From Mobula hypostoma (lineage: Eukaryota), in NCBI RefSeq assembly GCF_963921235.1, contig NC_086109.1:8992001-9056000 (forward strand): DNA of 64,000 nt, in the 5' to 3' direction. Under the pieces are notes generated by a model. The model saw only the letters and a program-made list of their open reading frames with translations, was not told the origin of the DNA and ran no database searches. A program made the position numbers and the translations under genes. Shown piece by piece: positions 13,889-27,528 of this stretch; position 1 is the first letter of the stretch; each line of letters opens with the position of its first letter.

Positions 13889-14110
13889 TCACAAAATGCT
13901 GGACGAACTCAGCAGGCCAAGCAGCTGCCATGGAAAAGAGTACGGTCAATGTTTGGGGCCAAGGCTCTTCATCAGGACTGTTGAAGGGCCTTGGCCTGAA
14001 ACGTGGACTGTATTCTTTTTCATAGAAGCTGCCTGGTCTGCTGAGTTCCTCCAGTATTTTGTGTGTGTTGCTTAGATTTCCAGCGTCTGCCGATTTTCTC
14101 TTGCTTGCGA
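13889..14110. mobile_element. Penelope-like element ends in inverted arrangement
   Basis: cacaaaatgctgga...cttcatcaggactg followed by its inverted copy; degenerate hammerhead-like cores. Confidence 0.7.
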
Positions 14111-14249
14111 TTGATTAAAAGTCATCATTTTTCTGAGCAACAGTCAGAATCAGCATCAGGTTTAATACTACTGCCATATGTCGTGAAATTTGTTATCTTT
14201 ATAGCAGCAGTACAATGCAATATATAGTAATAGAAAAAGCATCTGTGGA

Positions 14250-14291
<42 letters not shown>

Positions 14292-14354
14292 ATAATAATT
14301 AAGTTGTACAAAAATAAAAATAAAAAGGTAGGTAGTGCTCATGGATTCAATGTC

Positions 14355-15262
14355 CATAAGACCATAAGATATAGGAGCAGAAGTAGGCCATTCAGCCCAT
14401 CAAGTCTGCTCTGCCATTCAATCATGGGCTGAACCAATTCTTCCAGTCATCTCCACTCCCCTGCCTTCTCCCCATACTCTTTGATGCCCTGACTAATCAA
14501 GAACCTATCTATCTTTGCCTTAAATGCACCCAGTGACTTGGCCTCCACAGCCGCTTGTGACAACAAATTCCACAGATTTACCACCCTCTGACTGAAGTAA
14601 TTTCTCCGCATAGGTTCAAAATGGACGTCCTTCAATCCTGAATTTGTGCTCTGTTGTCCTAGAATCCCCTACCATGGGAAATAACTTTCCCATATCTAAT
14701 CTGTTTAGGCCTTTTAACATTCAGAATGTTCCTATGAGATTCCCCCTTCATTCTGCCGAACTCCAGGGAATACAACCAAAGAACTGCCAGACGTTCCTCA
14801 CATAACCCTTTCATTCCTGGAATCATTCTTGTGAATCTTCTCTGAACCCTTTCCAATGTCAGTATATCCTTTCTAAAATAAGGAGCGCTAAACTGCACAC
14901 AATACTCCGTGTGGTCTCACGATTGCCTTATAGAGCCTCAACATCACATCCCTGCTCTTATATCCTATACCTCTAGAAATGAATGCCAACATTGCATTCG
15001 CCTTCTTCACCACCGACTCAACCTGGAGGTTAACCTTTAGGGTATCCTGCACAAGGACTTCCAAGTCCATTTGCATCTCTGCATTTTGAATTCTCTCCCC
15101 ATCTAAATAATAGTCTGCCTGTTTATTTCTGCCACCAAAGTGCATGACCATACACTTTCCAACATGGTATTTCATTTTCCATTCTTTGCCCATTCTCCTG
15201 AACTATCCAAGTCTCTCTGCAGCCTCTCTGTTTCCTCAACACTACCCGCTCCTCCACCTATC
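14355..15262 (-). mobile_element. CR1-type LINE 3' fragment
   Basis: ORF2 C-terminal pieces (KCMVMHFG, ERVQRRFTRMIPG, FSQRVVNLWN) and a short tandem tail. Confidence 0.9.
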
Positions 15263-17352
15263 AGAAATGTCCTTTCAGAAATCGCATGGCCGAGGGTACA
15301 AAGCTGTTGCTGAATCACTGAGTGTGTGCATTCCTGCTTCTGTACCTCCAGTGAGTTAGCAATGAAAACAGGGCATGACCTGAGTGACAGGGGGTGTTAA
15401 TGATGGGCACCACCTTCCTGAGGCACCGCTCCTTGAAGATGTCCTGGATCGTATGGAAGCTAGTGCCCACGCGGGAGCTGACCAAGTTTACAACTCTCTG
15501 CAATTTATTTTAATTCGGTGCAGTCGTGCCTCCCCCGCTTAAGGGTCTTGGCCCAAAACATGGACTTTTTATTCCTTGTCCATAGATGCTGCCTGACCTG
15601 CTGAGTTCCTCCAGCGTTTTGTGTGTTACTCTGGATTTCCAGCACCTGCAGAGTCTCTTGTGTTTATAATAATTTTTCTCCTGCTTTTCTTCAGCATCCT
15701 GAAAATTCAGGCTCCAAAGCTGTTTAAATATGTGCAAATTTTTAGACTTTTACAGCATTTGTTTTAAATCTTTGGTGTGATACTTAGTACAGAGTATCTG
15801 GTTAGGCCGTGAAGAAGGGGTTTTGTATCCATCATGGTAAAGGAGAGCTGTTTGTGGATGGGAAGCTGTACCCGTCCAAATATCTTTTAAAGATCGTAAT
15901 TATACCTGCTTTAACAGCTTCTGGCAGAGCTTGTTCCATATACTCATCACAATCGATGTGAAAAAGTTGCCCCTAAGATCCCTTTAAATCTTTGTCTTCT
16001 CACTTTAAGTCTATATCCTCTGGCATTAGACTCCTCCACTCTGGGGGGAGAAAGGCTGTGACAATCCACCTTATCTCAGAGGTAGTTTTTTACGCAGAGA
16101 AGGGTCGGTGCATGGAAACCACTGCCAGAGCTGGTGGTTGAGGCAGAGGCATTAGGAACATTTCTGAAACTTATCGATTGGCATATGGATGAAAAAATAT
16201 AGGGGTATGTAGGAGGAGAGGGTTAGATTGATCTTGGGGTAGGTTAAAAGGTTGGTGTGACATCATGGGCTGAAGAGTCTGTACTGTTTGATGCCCCTCA
16301 AGATTTTAATATGCCTTCATAAAGTCACTCCTCTGCCTCCTACACTTCAGGGAAAACAGTCCCAGCCTACCCCTGCAGTCCCGGTAATGTCCGTGCAGAT
16401 ACATATAAACAAACACTGAATTTTGGAAGAGCAGGAACCACTGACTGTTTGAACTCTATCCTGTTCATTTCCCCCTCGTTCTAGTCTCTGCAAATGAGTT
16501 AATCCAAATTTTCTGATTTGAATGCCCTGAGTCTCTTCAAGCCTTATGCTTTCTGATCTCCACTGGGTCCCAATTAAGCACATCTCAGATGTAAAATTCC
16601 TACTCATTTTCAAATCCTTTCAAATCTTTTCTGCACCCTTTGCAGTTTAGTCACATCCCTCCTACAGGAGGGTGACCAGAACTGTGCACCATACTCTAAT
16701 TGTGGTCTGAGCAGAGACACGTACAATTCCAACATGACAGCCTAGCTCCTGTGCTCTGTGCTCTGACCGACAAAGGCAAGTGTGTCAAATGCTTTCTTCT
16801 GTGTCACCTCTTTCAAGAAACAATATATCTCTGATCCATAAGGTTGGAAATGGGTAGGTCAATATTCCATAGAGTCAGGTCTCATGGACTCAATTATACA
16901 TGGAATTATTCTTCATCATTTACTTGTGATCATGTCATCCATGCCCTGTAAGGACATGGTTGTCCAACTCGCCACTGCTGAGGGAGGTCAGAGCGAGGGT
17001 TTAACGTTGGTCAGTGGTCAGGTGTTTGTCAGTGAGCCAGAGGGATGGTAGTTTCCCAGATTATCCTCTGGGAACCCCTGCAAGTGATTGGCCAAGTGGC
17101 CAAATCCACAGATTTGTCCTGAATCATTCGGGCTGCTACTGTTGAGTGGACGACTTTGAGAACCAGAATCAGGTTTATTACCACTGACGCATGTCGTGAA
17201 GTTTGTTTTGTGGCAACGGTACTGTGCAATACATGAAAAACTGTGATAAGTTAAATAAAACACTTTTTAAAAACTAGTTTAAAAAGAGTAAAATAATGAG
17301 GTAGTGTTCATGGGTTCATGCACAACGAGTGGCAGTGCGGGTGATGGGTTTA

Positions 17353-17895
17353 GACAATAGACAATAGGTGCAGGAGTAGGCCATTCAGCCCTTCGAGCCA
17401 GCACCGCCATTCACTGTGATCATGGCTGATCATCCACAATCAGTATCCAGTTCCTGCCTTATCCCCATAACCTTTAATTCCACTATCTTTAAGAGCTCTA
17501 TCCATCTCTTTTTTGAAAGCATCCAGAGACTTGGCCTCCACAGCCTTCTGGGGCAGAGCATTCCATATATCCACCACTCTCTGGGTGAAAAAGTCTTTTC
17601 CGTTCTAAATGGCTTACCCCTAATTCTTAAACTGTGGCCTCTGATTCTGGACTCACACATCAGCGGGAACATGCTTCCTGCCTGCAGCGTGTCCAATCCC
17701 TTAATAATCTTATATGTTTCAATAAGATCCCCTCTCAGCCTTCTAAATTCCAGCGTATACAAGCCCAGTCGCTCCAATCTTTCAACGTATGACAGTCCCG
17801 CCATCCCGGGAATTAACCTTGTGAACCTACGCTGCATTCCCTCAATAGCAAGAATGTCCTTCCTCAAATTTGGAGACCAAAACTGCACACAGTAC
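17353..17895 (-). mobile_element. CR1-type LINE 3' fragment, same subfamily as 61481-64000
   Basis: EYCVQFWSP...RRLRGDLIETYKII; (ctattgt)n tail; nearly identical to 61481-62020. Confidence 0.92.
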
Positions 17896-19104
17896 TCTCT
17901 TTTTAAACACGAGACTTTTAACACTAAGCACATTGTCTACGAATGTCAGAATGAAAATCCATTGCTCATTTATCCTTGCAAGTATTATGAATACAGTTTA
18001 TTTTGGTTAAAAAAACTAGTACATACTGAACATCTGAAAGGCAGCATCCATCATTAAGGATTCCATCACTTAGGATACCACGGCCTCGCTTATTATTACA
18101 ACTATCGTGGAAGAAGTACAGGAGCCTGAAGACACACACTCTACATTTTAGGAACAGCTTTTTCCCCTCCACTATCAGATTTCTGAATGGACAATGAACC
18201 AGCTCATGAACACTGCCTCGCTATTTTTGGGTTCTTTTTGCGTTATTTATTTAATTTTACATGTAGAGCGTGCATATAAAATTATGTATATGTATCATCA
18301 TCATTATGTGCTGTTTCGTGTGATGTGGGCAACCATGGTCTTCCACCTGTCTCTAATCTGCCTGTGGGGAAGACCCTCTTCATGCTGTTGTTCTTACTCT
18401 TTTCTCTATTCATGACCGATGCTTGTTCTTGGCAAACATTTCTACAGAGGTGGTTTACATTGCCTTCTTCTGGGCAGGCCCTTAATGATGGTCGCTGCCT
18501 TTCTGAGGCATCACTCCTTGAAGATGTCCTGGATGCTACACAGCCTGGTGCCCATAATGGAGCTGACTGAATTTCATATCAGTGGCCATTCATCAGAATG
18601 TTAACTGTTTCTCTCTCCACAGATGCTGCCTTACCTGCTGACCCTTTCCAGTATTTTCTGATTTTATTTCACACTTCCAGTGTGTTTTTTAAAAAAATTC
18701 TCGAATGGATTTATTAATTTGGGCATTTAAAAGTTGTAAGAATCCATGAAACTCCACTGTTAGAAGTTGATTTGTCGTTTTGAACTTATGCCACAGAATA
18801 ACAAGATGTGACCACGTAGAAGGTTAATTTGAGGGCGACTTGCTGGAGGCTGCTTTTATACTTTCCCAAGAAGGACCTCCAACAAAGAATTTATATTAGT
18901 TTTGGTGGAAGCTTTCCAAGTGGTTGCCCAAACTCTGACCTCTCATAAATAAACGAAGTTTATTTTACTAATAATAGCGTTAAAAAAACATTTATTGATG
19001 AATAAATTACAACATTGCAATGCATTCATCATTACAATGAATGAAGAACAACAAATTTCATAAAATATGTCAGTGACAATAAGCCTAATTCTGATTCTAA
19101 ATCA

Positions 19105-19560
19105 ACACACTCAAAATGCTGGAGGAACTCAGCAGGTCAGGCAGCATCTATGGAAATGATGTTTCAGGCAGAGACATCCTTCAGGAGTGAAAAAGAAGGG
19201 GGAAGAACCCAGAATAAAAAGGTGGGGGAAGGGGAAAGGAGGATAGCTAGAAGGTGATATGTGAACCCAGGTTGGTGGGAAAGGTCAAGGGCTGGAGGAG
19301 AAAGGATCTGGTAGGAGAGGAGAGTGGACCATAGGAGAAAGGGAAGGAGGAGGGGCACCAGGGGGAAGTAATAGGCAGGTGTGAAGAGGTAAAAAATCAG
19401 AGTAAAGAATGGGGGGGTGGGGGGGAAGAATTTGTTTACTGAGAGGAATCGATATTCATGCAATCAGGTGAGGGCACCCAGACAGAATATAAGGTGTTGC
19501 TCCTCCACCCTGAGGGTTATGTCATCTTGGTATCGATTGACACATCAGAATGGGAATTGG
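19105..19560 (-). mobile_element. Penelope-like element 3' fragment
   Basis: The minus strand encodes TLRVEEQHLIFCLGAL/PDCMNIDS (PLE endonuclease C-terminal-like, frameshifted), followed by the terminal repeat seen many times in this window. Confidence 0.7.
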
Positions 19561-21019
19561 AATTAAAATGTTTGGACACTGGGAGATCTAAATGTTATAT
19601 TTGGCATTTAGTAATATCTCTGGTGGTCTTGATACTGAAAATTCATCCGCATTACTTAACTCCAGAGGTTCCCAACCTTTTTATGCCATGGACCCCTACC
19701 ATTAACCGAGCGGTCCATGGACCCCAGGTTGGGAACCCCTTCTTTAAGCTTACATTGGTAAGTGAAACAACTGTTTCCATTAGAAATAACCCCTTCTGCA
19801 ATATTCTTTTATTGTATTGGTGTCATTTTCCTGAGTACGTGTGTCTTCACAGTTACACCACAAGCTGCAATATTGATTGCCTCGCACAAACAATAAGATG
19901 TTGTTACATCTTGAGTTACTTCCTAAGCCGACATTGGGGCACAATCTGTTACACAGGCACTTGACACTTACATTACAGACGCCTTGCGAGTATCGACTGT
20001 TTGGCTCAGTAGGTGGAACAGTGTTGAAAAGTAGCAAAAGGGTCAACATGAGGTGAGTTTGACCGATGGTTTTCACTTCTGAGGCAAACATATTTGTGTG
20101 ATGTGAGTGAGTGTTATTGAAACAGGATAGATTGGTATTGCGTTTGTAGAATACAGTAATGTAGTGGTTACCATTCCGCGGTCCAGTGCCAGCGACTGTA
20201 ATAGGGCTTTAAGTCCGCCGCTGAATGTAAGGAGTAAATGGGATTCTAGGTTTCAGTATTATAATATTGATGCCCAGACTCCGATTTGCTTTACCTTTAA
20301 AGTTACAGCACAGACTCTTCAAGATCCTTGTGTTCCTCTGCATTTTCGGGACTCTGGACTGAATCTTTTAACCTGTGGCCTCAGTGCATCTCTTAACATA
20401 GCACCCATCACCCACTGATCTGTCTGTCCAGGACTCGAATGCTTTCAGCTGTATTCGAAACCCCTCACTTTGTTATAGTTCAAGTTCAGTTTTAATTATC
20501 GTTCAATCATTCATGCATACAGCCGACTGAAACAGCATTCCTCCAAGGGCCAAGGAGCACAAGCCACACACAGCACATTCAAGATAGTAAGCAAAATGTA
20601 CAGTCACGTTTTTAAAAAAAATGTGTACGTGTAGCTCAAGTCCCTGAGTGACATGTCCTGCCAATTGATGGTGCATTTCCAGCAGTCTGCAGACGAACGC
20701 ATGCAGGCAATCCAGCTTGTCATTCCACTAATTGAGCACTGGAGGGCAGCACTGATGAACGATGCCAGCCCCCGACCAAAGATGGACCATTCGTTCATCC
20801 TTCTGTCACCCATGCTAACTTCTATCCTAACACATGCCTCAGTGGTCCGAGCTGGTCTTTCCCTGCCCTCCTTTCAAAGGCCAGATAGATACATCCATAA
20901 AAAGAAATGAGGCTAGAATGTTCTGTGATCTAAAAATAATAGTGAGTAGTTTTAATAAAATTAAAGCTAACATCTGCTCAGATTTAAAATTGAAACCAGG
21001 TCCCTGTGTGAGTATTTGG

Positions 21020-21835
21020 TAATCTGGGAGTACAGATCCGTAATCCTTGAAAGTGATGTCACAGGTACATTATATAGGGTCATAAAGAAAGGTTTTTGGC
21101 ACATTGGCCTTCGTAAATCAGAGTTTTATACAGGAGTTGAGATGTTATGATGAATTTGTATACGATGTTGGTGAGCCAAGTTTGGAGTATTGTACGCCGT
21201 TCCATTCATCTGCCGACAGGAAAGATATCAATAAGATTGAAAGAGTTTGTTCGTTCATCGTGTACCGTGTCATATGATCTAGGTAATCATGATTGAGAGA
21301 GTTCGTAGAAAACTTACAAAGATGTTTCCAGGATTTGATGAACTGAATTTTAGGGACAGGTTGAATAGGTTAGGGCTTTATTCACTGGAGTGCAGGAGAA
21401 TGAGGGGAGATCTGATAGAGGTATACAAAATTATGCAGGGTATAGATAGGGTAAATACAACCAGGGTTTTTTCCCATTGAGGATGAGTGAGACTAGAAGT
21501 AGAGGTTATAGGTTAAGGGTGAAAAGTGAAATATTTCTGGGGAGCCCGAGGGGGGAGTTTTTCACTTCGTCACTCAGAGGGTGGCGAGAGTGTGGAACAA
21601 GCTGCCAGCAGTAGTGGTGAATGCAACAGGATGTTTGGGTTAGTACATGGATGGGAAGGGGATGGAGAGCTATGGTACAGGAGTAGGTTGATGGGACTAG
21701 GCAGAATAATACGGTGTGCTGTAGTGCTCTGTGTACAGTGCATTCCAGGCCCACAACGTTACGCTGACTTTTTACGTACTAAATACTTGCAAATGTGCTG
21801 AAGGGCCTGTTTCTGTGCTGTAGTGCTCTACGACT
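21020..21835 (+). mobile_element. Decayed CR1-type LINE 3' fragment
   Basis: RLNRLGLYSLECRRMRGDLIEVYKIM motif. Confidence 0.85.
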
Positions 21836-22434
21836 AAGTGGTTACAAATTTTTATTTATCCTAAACCTGACAGATGGTGTAAAAATAACAACACGCTGGA
21901 GGAACTCAGCAGGTCGGACAGCATACGTGGAAAAGATCGGTCAATGTTTCGGGCCGGAACCCTTCGTCAGGACTGTAGAGGGAAGGGGCAGAGGCCCGAC
22001 CTGCTGAGTTCCTCCAGCGTGTTGTGAGTGTTGCTTTGACCCCAGCATCTGCAGATTATTTTGTGTAAAAATAACAAACATGCTTCTGATACTTTTGAGA
22101 ATGAAACAAAATAGTGATGAAGAATGGAGGATGTACTATGCGGATCAAAATTCTGGATAAAGTACTAAGCTGGTCTGACCCACCCCAATCTAAATCCAGA
22201 TTATTTTATCTGAATAGACACTCGTTCTGACCCAGCATAGCCCATCTAGGCAGTTTACATTGGTCATGCATTAATTCCAATACTTCAGGATTCTAACACT
22301 TTTTCTGTCATTCATTCTTGTTTTTTACTCCCCCCTCTCTGTTTGGTGGATGTCTGTGAAGAGTAAGAATTTCAGGTTGTATACTGTATGCATTCTCTGA
22401 TATTAAATTGAAATTGAACCATTGGCAATTAGTG

Positions 22435-22995
22435 AATCAGAATTAGTTTCATTATCACTGGCGTATGTCATGAAATTGCTGTTTTGTGGCAGCAGTACAG
22501 TGCAATACATTAAAAAATGTTAATAAGATATAATTAGAAATATTAAAGAACGTAGTGCAAAAAAAGAACAAAGTGTGCGGTGGTGTTCAGGGGCTCATGG
22601 ACAGTTTGGAAATCTGATGGCGGAGGGGAAGAAGCTGTTCCTAAAACACGGGTGTGTGTCTTCAGGCTTCTGCACCCCCTCCCTGATGGTAGTAATATGA
22701 AGGGGGCATGTGAGAGTCCTTATTGATGGATACCACTTTCTTGAGCTATCACCTTTTGAAGAAGTCCTCGATGCTGAGGAGCCTAGTGCCCGTGATGGAG
22801 CTGGTGGAAGCAACAACTTTCTGCAGCCTTTTCCCATCCTGTGCCGTGGTCCTTCCGTACCAGAAGGTGATGCATCTAATTCGAGTCCTCTCCACAGTGC
22901 ATCTGTAGAAATGTGCCCGAGTCTTTAGTGATGTACCAAATCTCCTCAAACTCCTGGTGAAGTATGGTTGCTGGCATGTCTTCTTCATAATTGTA
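22435..22995 (-). mobile_element. Rex1/Babar-like LINE 3' fragment
   Basis: HFYRCTVE...CITFWYG...LQKVV and FRNSFFPSAIR motifs with a (tctga)n-like tail. Related pieces occur at 1-146, 15270-15535, 34925-35310, 48710-49290 and 51515-52215. Confidence 0.75.
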
Positions 22996-24274
22996 TATGC
23001 AATTGAGATATCAGTTTAGGGCTGTTGTCGTTATGTGCCGTGTTGATTGACGTGGGTGATCATGATCTTTCCATGACCATGATTGTTCTTGGCAAATTTT
23101 TCTGCACAAGTGGCTTGCCTTATAGGCAGTGGCCCCAGTTATTATCAATACTGTCTGCCTGGCGTCAGTGGTCACATAACCAGGACCTGTGATACGAGTG
23201 CAGAATGAAGTTACAGAGGAAGTGAAAGCGCACTGCAAGCAAGACTGTAAGGTGCAAGGTAATTGTGAGCTCGAGAGTCCATTGTAGCGTATTAATAAGC
23301 CGTCTCATAGCTCAGAAGCTCTCCTTGAACCTGGTGATATCTGCTTTCACGCTTTTGCATCTTCTGCCCGATGGAAGAGGGGAGAGGAGAGAACATCCGG
23401 ATTGGTGAGGACTTTGATTGTGTTGGCTAGCGAGATGTCTAGGCGGAGACCATGGAGGAGAGGCTGGATTCTGTGATGTGCTAAGCTGTGTTCACGACCC
23501 TCTCCGGTGTCATGTAGTCAGTCATGGGCAGGACGGTTGCTGTACCAAGCTGTAATGCATCTGGATAGGATGTTTTCTATGGTGCATTGGTTAAAAATTG
23601 GTGAGGGTTGATGGGGAGTTGCCAAATGTTTATGGGAGGGACTCTGGTTGAGGAGTTGTTCACATCATGCATGTAACGGGGTCAGTCAATAACAGAGGAG
23701 GGATGTTGTATCTTGTTGTTTGTGACATTGAGATACATGGAATCTTTCACCCCAGCACCATTTAGTGGGGAGATGATTGACAGTTTTGAAAGAAAATACC
23801 TGAAGCAGAAAAAAACGTGGGTTGGAGTAAACGAGGTAGTGGGATAGAATAGAACTTTATTGTCATTGTCAAGACAACGATTGTGATGGTACTCCAGACA
23901 ATGAAAAAGAGATATTTACAATGCTTGTGGAACGTCTTAATGTTACAAAGGTTCCCATATTTATATGCAACAAGTGACTTTGTTGCTCTCTAACACTCAA
24001 AGGCCATTGGCAAGCCGCAGTGTAGAATTATTCAGCTACACAACAGCCCTCGGGAAGAAGCTATCTTTCAGTCTTACTGTTTTGGCTAGGATGTTTCTGT
24101 ATCTCCTACCAGATGGCTGGAGATTGAACAGACGTCTGGGATGGGGTGGTCTTTAACGATGATTTTTGATTATTGATGTTAACGTGTTGGTGTATTGAAT
24201 GGCCTTGTGATGTTGTCAGTTGGCATTGTAAGTGTCTGGAACCTGGTTTATCTTTGTTTTCCTCCTTGCCACAG

Positions 24275-24473
24275 GTCACATGCCTGACATGCAACTACAA
24301 ATCCAACACAATTGAACCATTTTGGGATCTTTCACTGGAATTTCCAGAGCGATATCATTGTCTTCAGAAGGGTGCGAACCAGCATAAAGAATGCACCCTT
24401 ACAGAAATGCTGGCAAAGTTTACAGAAACCGAGGCGCTGGAGGGGAGGATTTACGCCTGCGACCAGTGTAACA
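24275..24473 (+). CDS. USP49: USP49 coding exon 2 ([27 protein letters not shown]...YACDQCN)
   Basis: Polypyrimidine tract plus ccacag acceptor; donor A|gtaagt; 199 nt, phase 0 to 1; contains the USP finger-domain CxxC pairs. Confidence 0.95.
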
Positions 24474-24683
24474 GTAAGTGATGCACGAGTTTTCCGCTCA
24501 CTTTCATGTACGTATATCGCAAGCGCCATGCGGTAATTATTTTTAACATACGCATCGGTGGAGCCAAGTGACACTGTGTGTATTTGTTCAGTCCATTGTC
24601 ATTCGACTTCTTTGATGAAACACAATCTATAGTGTCTCTATCTTACCACAGCTGCTAAAAGAGCTAGTTCAAAGGCTCTAGCT

Positions 24684-24778
24684 ACTGTATAGAAAGGTCA
24701 GCTCCACTTGGTCCTTGCAAGTCAGCATAAAGAATACACCCTGACTGAAATACTGGCAAAGTTTACAGAAACTGAGGC
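24684..24778 (+). pseudogene. Degenerate intronic partial copy of USP49 coding exon 2
   Basis: The 56 nt starting at 24723 match 24380-24435 with 5 substitutions. Confidence 0.8.
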
Positions 24779-25334
24779 CCCAAAACCCACCTGTCGACAT
24801 CTTAGGATTTCAAAGTAATGGAACATTGTGGTTTCCTCGACTGTGTAAGTCCAGGGAAAACAATCTCCGGCCCCACCAAACGTGTGAGATTGACGTGCGA
24901 GCCCATCCCAAAACCCCCTGTTTGTGTGGATGCTGCGTGATTTGTTACCCTGTTACAAATGAGTGCCACGAAATAACAGACCGCATACAATTAAACAACT
25001 TAGCTTTATAATTCTTAATTTGACTAAAGGGTTAGTTGAAGAAAGAACAAAAAAAAAGGGCCCATTTTAATGAAACAGTCTAATGTGCACAAGTTGGAGC
25101 TGTCAGTTTCCCCGATGTCAATCCTCCATCGATCACCCCAGGCTTCGTCGAGTCACGGCCCTGCTCCAAGTTGAACCCTACGACCTCTTCTGTCTGGCGT
25201 CTTCTCTCTTCATCCCTCTCTAACAAAAGCCCCAAGCCCAACCTTAGTGTTCCTCACCAGAGAAACCTCCCCTTAATTCGACCATCGTAATTGGATGGCA
25301 CGCAATTCTCCTATCTCTTATCTTCAACAGTAAC

Positions 25335-25790
25335 CCAAGCACTCCAGTGTGTGGTGAAAACTGCTCAGCGGATTATCGGCACCCAATTGCCCACCATTGA
25401 GAATATCTACCATAAACGCTGCCTGGGCAGGGCGAAAAGCATTATCAGGGATGCATCTCACCCTAACCATGGACTTTTTACTCTTCTCCCATCCGGTAGG
25501 CACTACAGGAGCCTCCGTTCCCGCACCAGCAGGCACAGGAAGAGCTTCTTCCCTGAGGCTGTGACCCTGCTGAACCTCACATCACAGCGCTAAGCAGTAT
25601 TGTACCCATATTGTACTGTCTCAGTACTTTTATATTTGTGTGCTGTAGCACTTACTTTTTATTTGCAGTTATTTTATAAATAATTATTCTTTTGCTCTTC
25701 TGGTCAGATGCTAATTGCATTTCATTGGCTTTGTATCTGTACTCGGCACAATGATAATAAAGTTGAATCTAATCTAATCTAATCTAATAA
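25335..25790 (+). mobile_element. Rex1/Babar-like LINE 3' end with (aatct)n tail
   Basis: LQCVVKTAQRIIG...LFTLLPSGRHYRSL...SFFPEAVTLLN*, then AATAAA and a tandem tail. Confidence 0.8.
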
Positions 25791-26868
25791 ACGGAAAATA
25801 AGCAGTTTGCACAGAACAGCACAAATTATCTATCTTATCTACCCATCTTATCTATCATATCTACCCTAATCTATTATTACAGCATCACTGGCACCACCTA
25901 CTCACCATCAATAACATATATACAGAAAGGTGGTAGGAAAGGTGCGATCATGAAGGATCACACCTCGTGTTCCATTTGTCCAACTCTCACGGGGAGGAGG
26001 CTACGTAGCATCCACACCAGGGCCACCAGACTCAAAAACAGTTAATTTCCTCAAGCAGTAAAACTGATCAACACCTCCACCCACTAACCCACCCCTCCAC
26101 CTCAACCTTATAATTTCCTGTTAGAGTCACCTTATGTATAGACTAGCATCACTTTATGGACATACTATCTATGTATATAAGCTAACTTATGTATTTGTAT
26201 TTATTGTGTATCTTTTTATTATTTAGTTTTCTTTATCTTGTTGTGGGTTTTTTGTACTGCATTGAATGTGGAGTAACAATTATTTTGTTCTACTTTACTG
26301 ACATTAAACAATCTTGAATCTTGATGTCACCATATATTACCCTGAGGTTCATTCACAGTAGCTACAAAGAAACACAATAGAATCAATGAGAAACTACACA
26401 CAAGTAAAGACAAACAGCCAGTGTGTGAAAGAAGACATACTGTGCAGATACAGAAAAATAGATACTGAGTTCTGGTTAAATGGGACATATTGTGACCAGT
26501 ACATTTTGGTCCAATTAAAACAGCTGCCCCAATTAGCCAAAGTTTCATGGAAGTAGTTTAAAAAAAGTATTAAAAAAAGACAAACTACTATTTAAATGAA
26601 ATACAGAACAAATTAGAACACTATCAATACTTATACAGTACTATAAAACTGTGTATTAGTTATCGGTGGAGGAATTCATCCAGTGTCTGTCGCTTTGTTC
26701 TTTTGATTGACTGTAAATGAACAAAATCAGCGCAGGTACCTAGTGAAGGTAATGGACTGCCTTCGAACAGTGTTTTCAACGATTGCATCCTCCAAAGGTT
26801 ACTTTTCATTGTAACATCCAAGATGTTCGTCAATACCTTCATAATTACTAACTTGTTAAAACAGTGAA

Positions 26869-27048
26869 CAACAGGAATTCTGCAGATGCTGGAAATTCAA
26901 GCAACATACATCAAAGTTGCTGGTGAACGCAGCAGGCCAAGCAGCATCTATAGGAAGAGGCGCAGTCGACGTTTCAGGCCGAGACCCTTCGTCAGTCCTG
27001 ACGAAGGGTCTCGGCCTGAAACGTCGACTGCGCCTCTTCCTATAGATG
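26869..27048. mobile_element. Penelope-derived palindromic mini-element with 13-15 bp TSD
   Basis: Perfect 51-nt inverted arms at 26945-26995 and 26998-27048, flanked by the direct repeat (tg)ttaaaacagtgaa. Confidence 0.85.
26993..27030 (+). ncRNA. Minimal type I hammerhead ribozyme motif (PLE type)
   Basis: CAGTC-CTGACGA-AGGGTCTCGGCCT-GAAA-CGTC-GACTG: stem I CAGTC/GACTG, intact CUGANGA and GAAA core, stem II hairpin, loopless palindromic ACGU helix III, and a GUC cleavage triplet at 27023-27025. Confidence 0.7.
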
Positions 27049-27528
27049 TTAAAACAGTGAAATTGTTTCATTTTCATTCCCAGTTGTTTCTGGCATCTCC
27101 AAGCCTGACTGCTTGAAACCACAGTGAGCAAAACAACTCTGAACTGTCTTGCTGCTTATTTCATGCCAACTAACAGTGACAAAAATCACTGCTTTTTGAA
27201 TATGAACATACGCAACTGATGCTATTTAAATGCCGTTCGTTCTAAGCACAGTGCTGTATCTAATGGCTACAGAGGTGCATGTGTCTGACGCTATTTAGAA
27301 AACTGTTCGGTAACCATCTCCAGCCCCAATTAAGTGCATAGTTTCCTAAATAAACAAGGGGAATTATGATCAATGTTATTAATAATATTGATGACATGAG
27401 TTGTAGAGTCCTTGAAAATGGGTTGTGGAATCATTTTCGTGTCGAAATGAATGAAGTTATCTACACTGGTTCAGGAGCCTGATGGTTGGAGGTTAATGAC
27501 TTTTCAAACAATTTCATCCCCAATTTAC

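Noticed and set aside
24840..25330. Possible further LTR-like element
   Set aside because: It looks repeat-like, but I could not define both termini or a TSD.
26945..27048. miRNA precursor or terminator hairpin
   Set aside because: The arms are Penelope-like terminal sequence repeated throughout the window and flanked by a TSD; a TE origin explains the hairpin.
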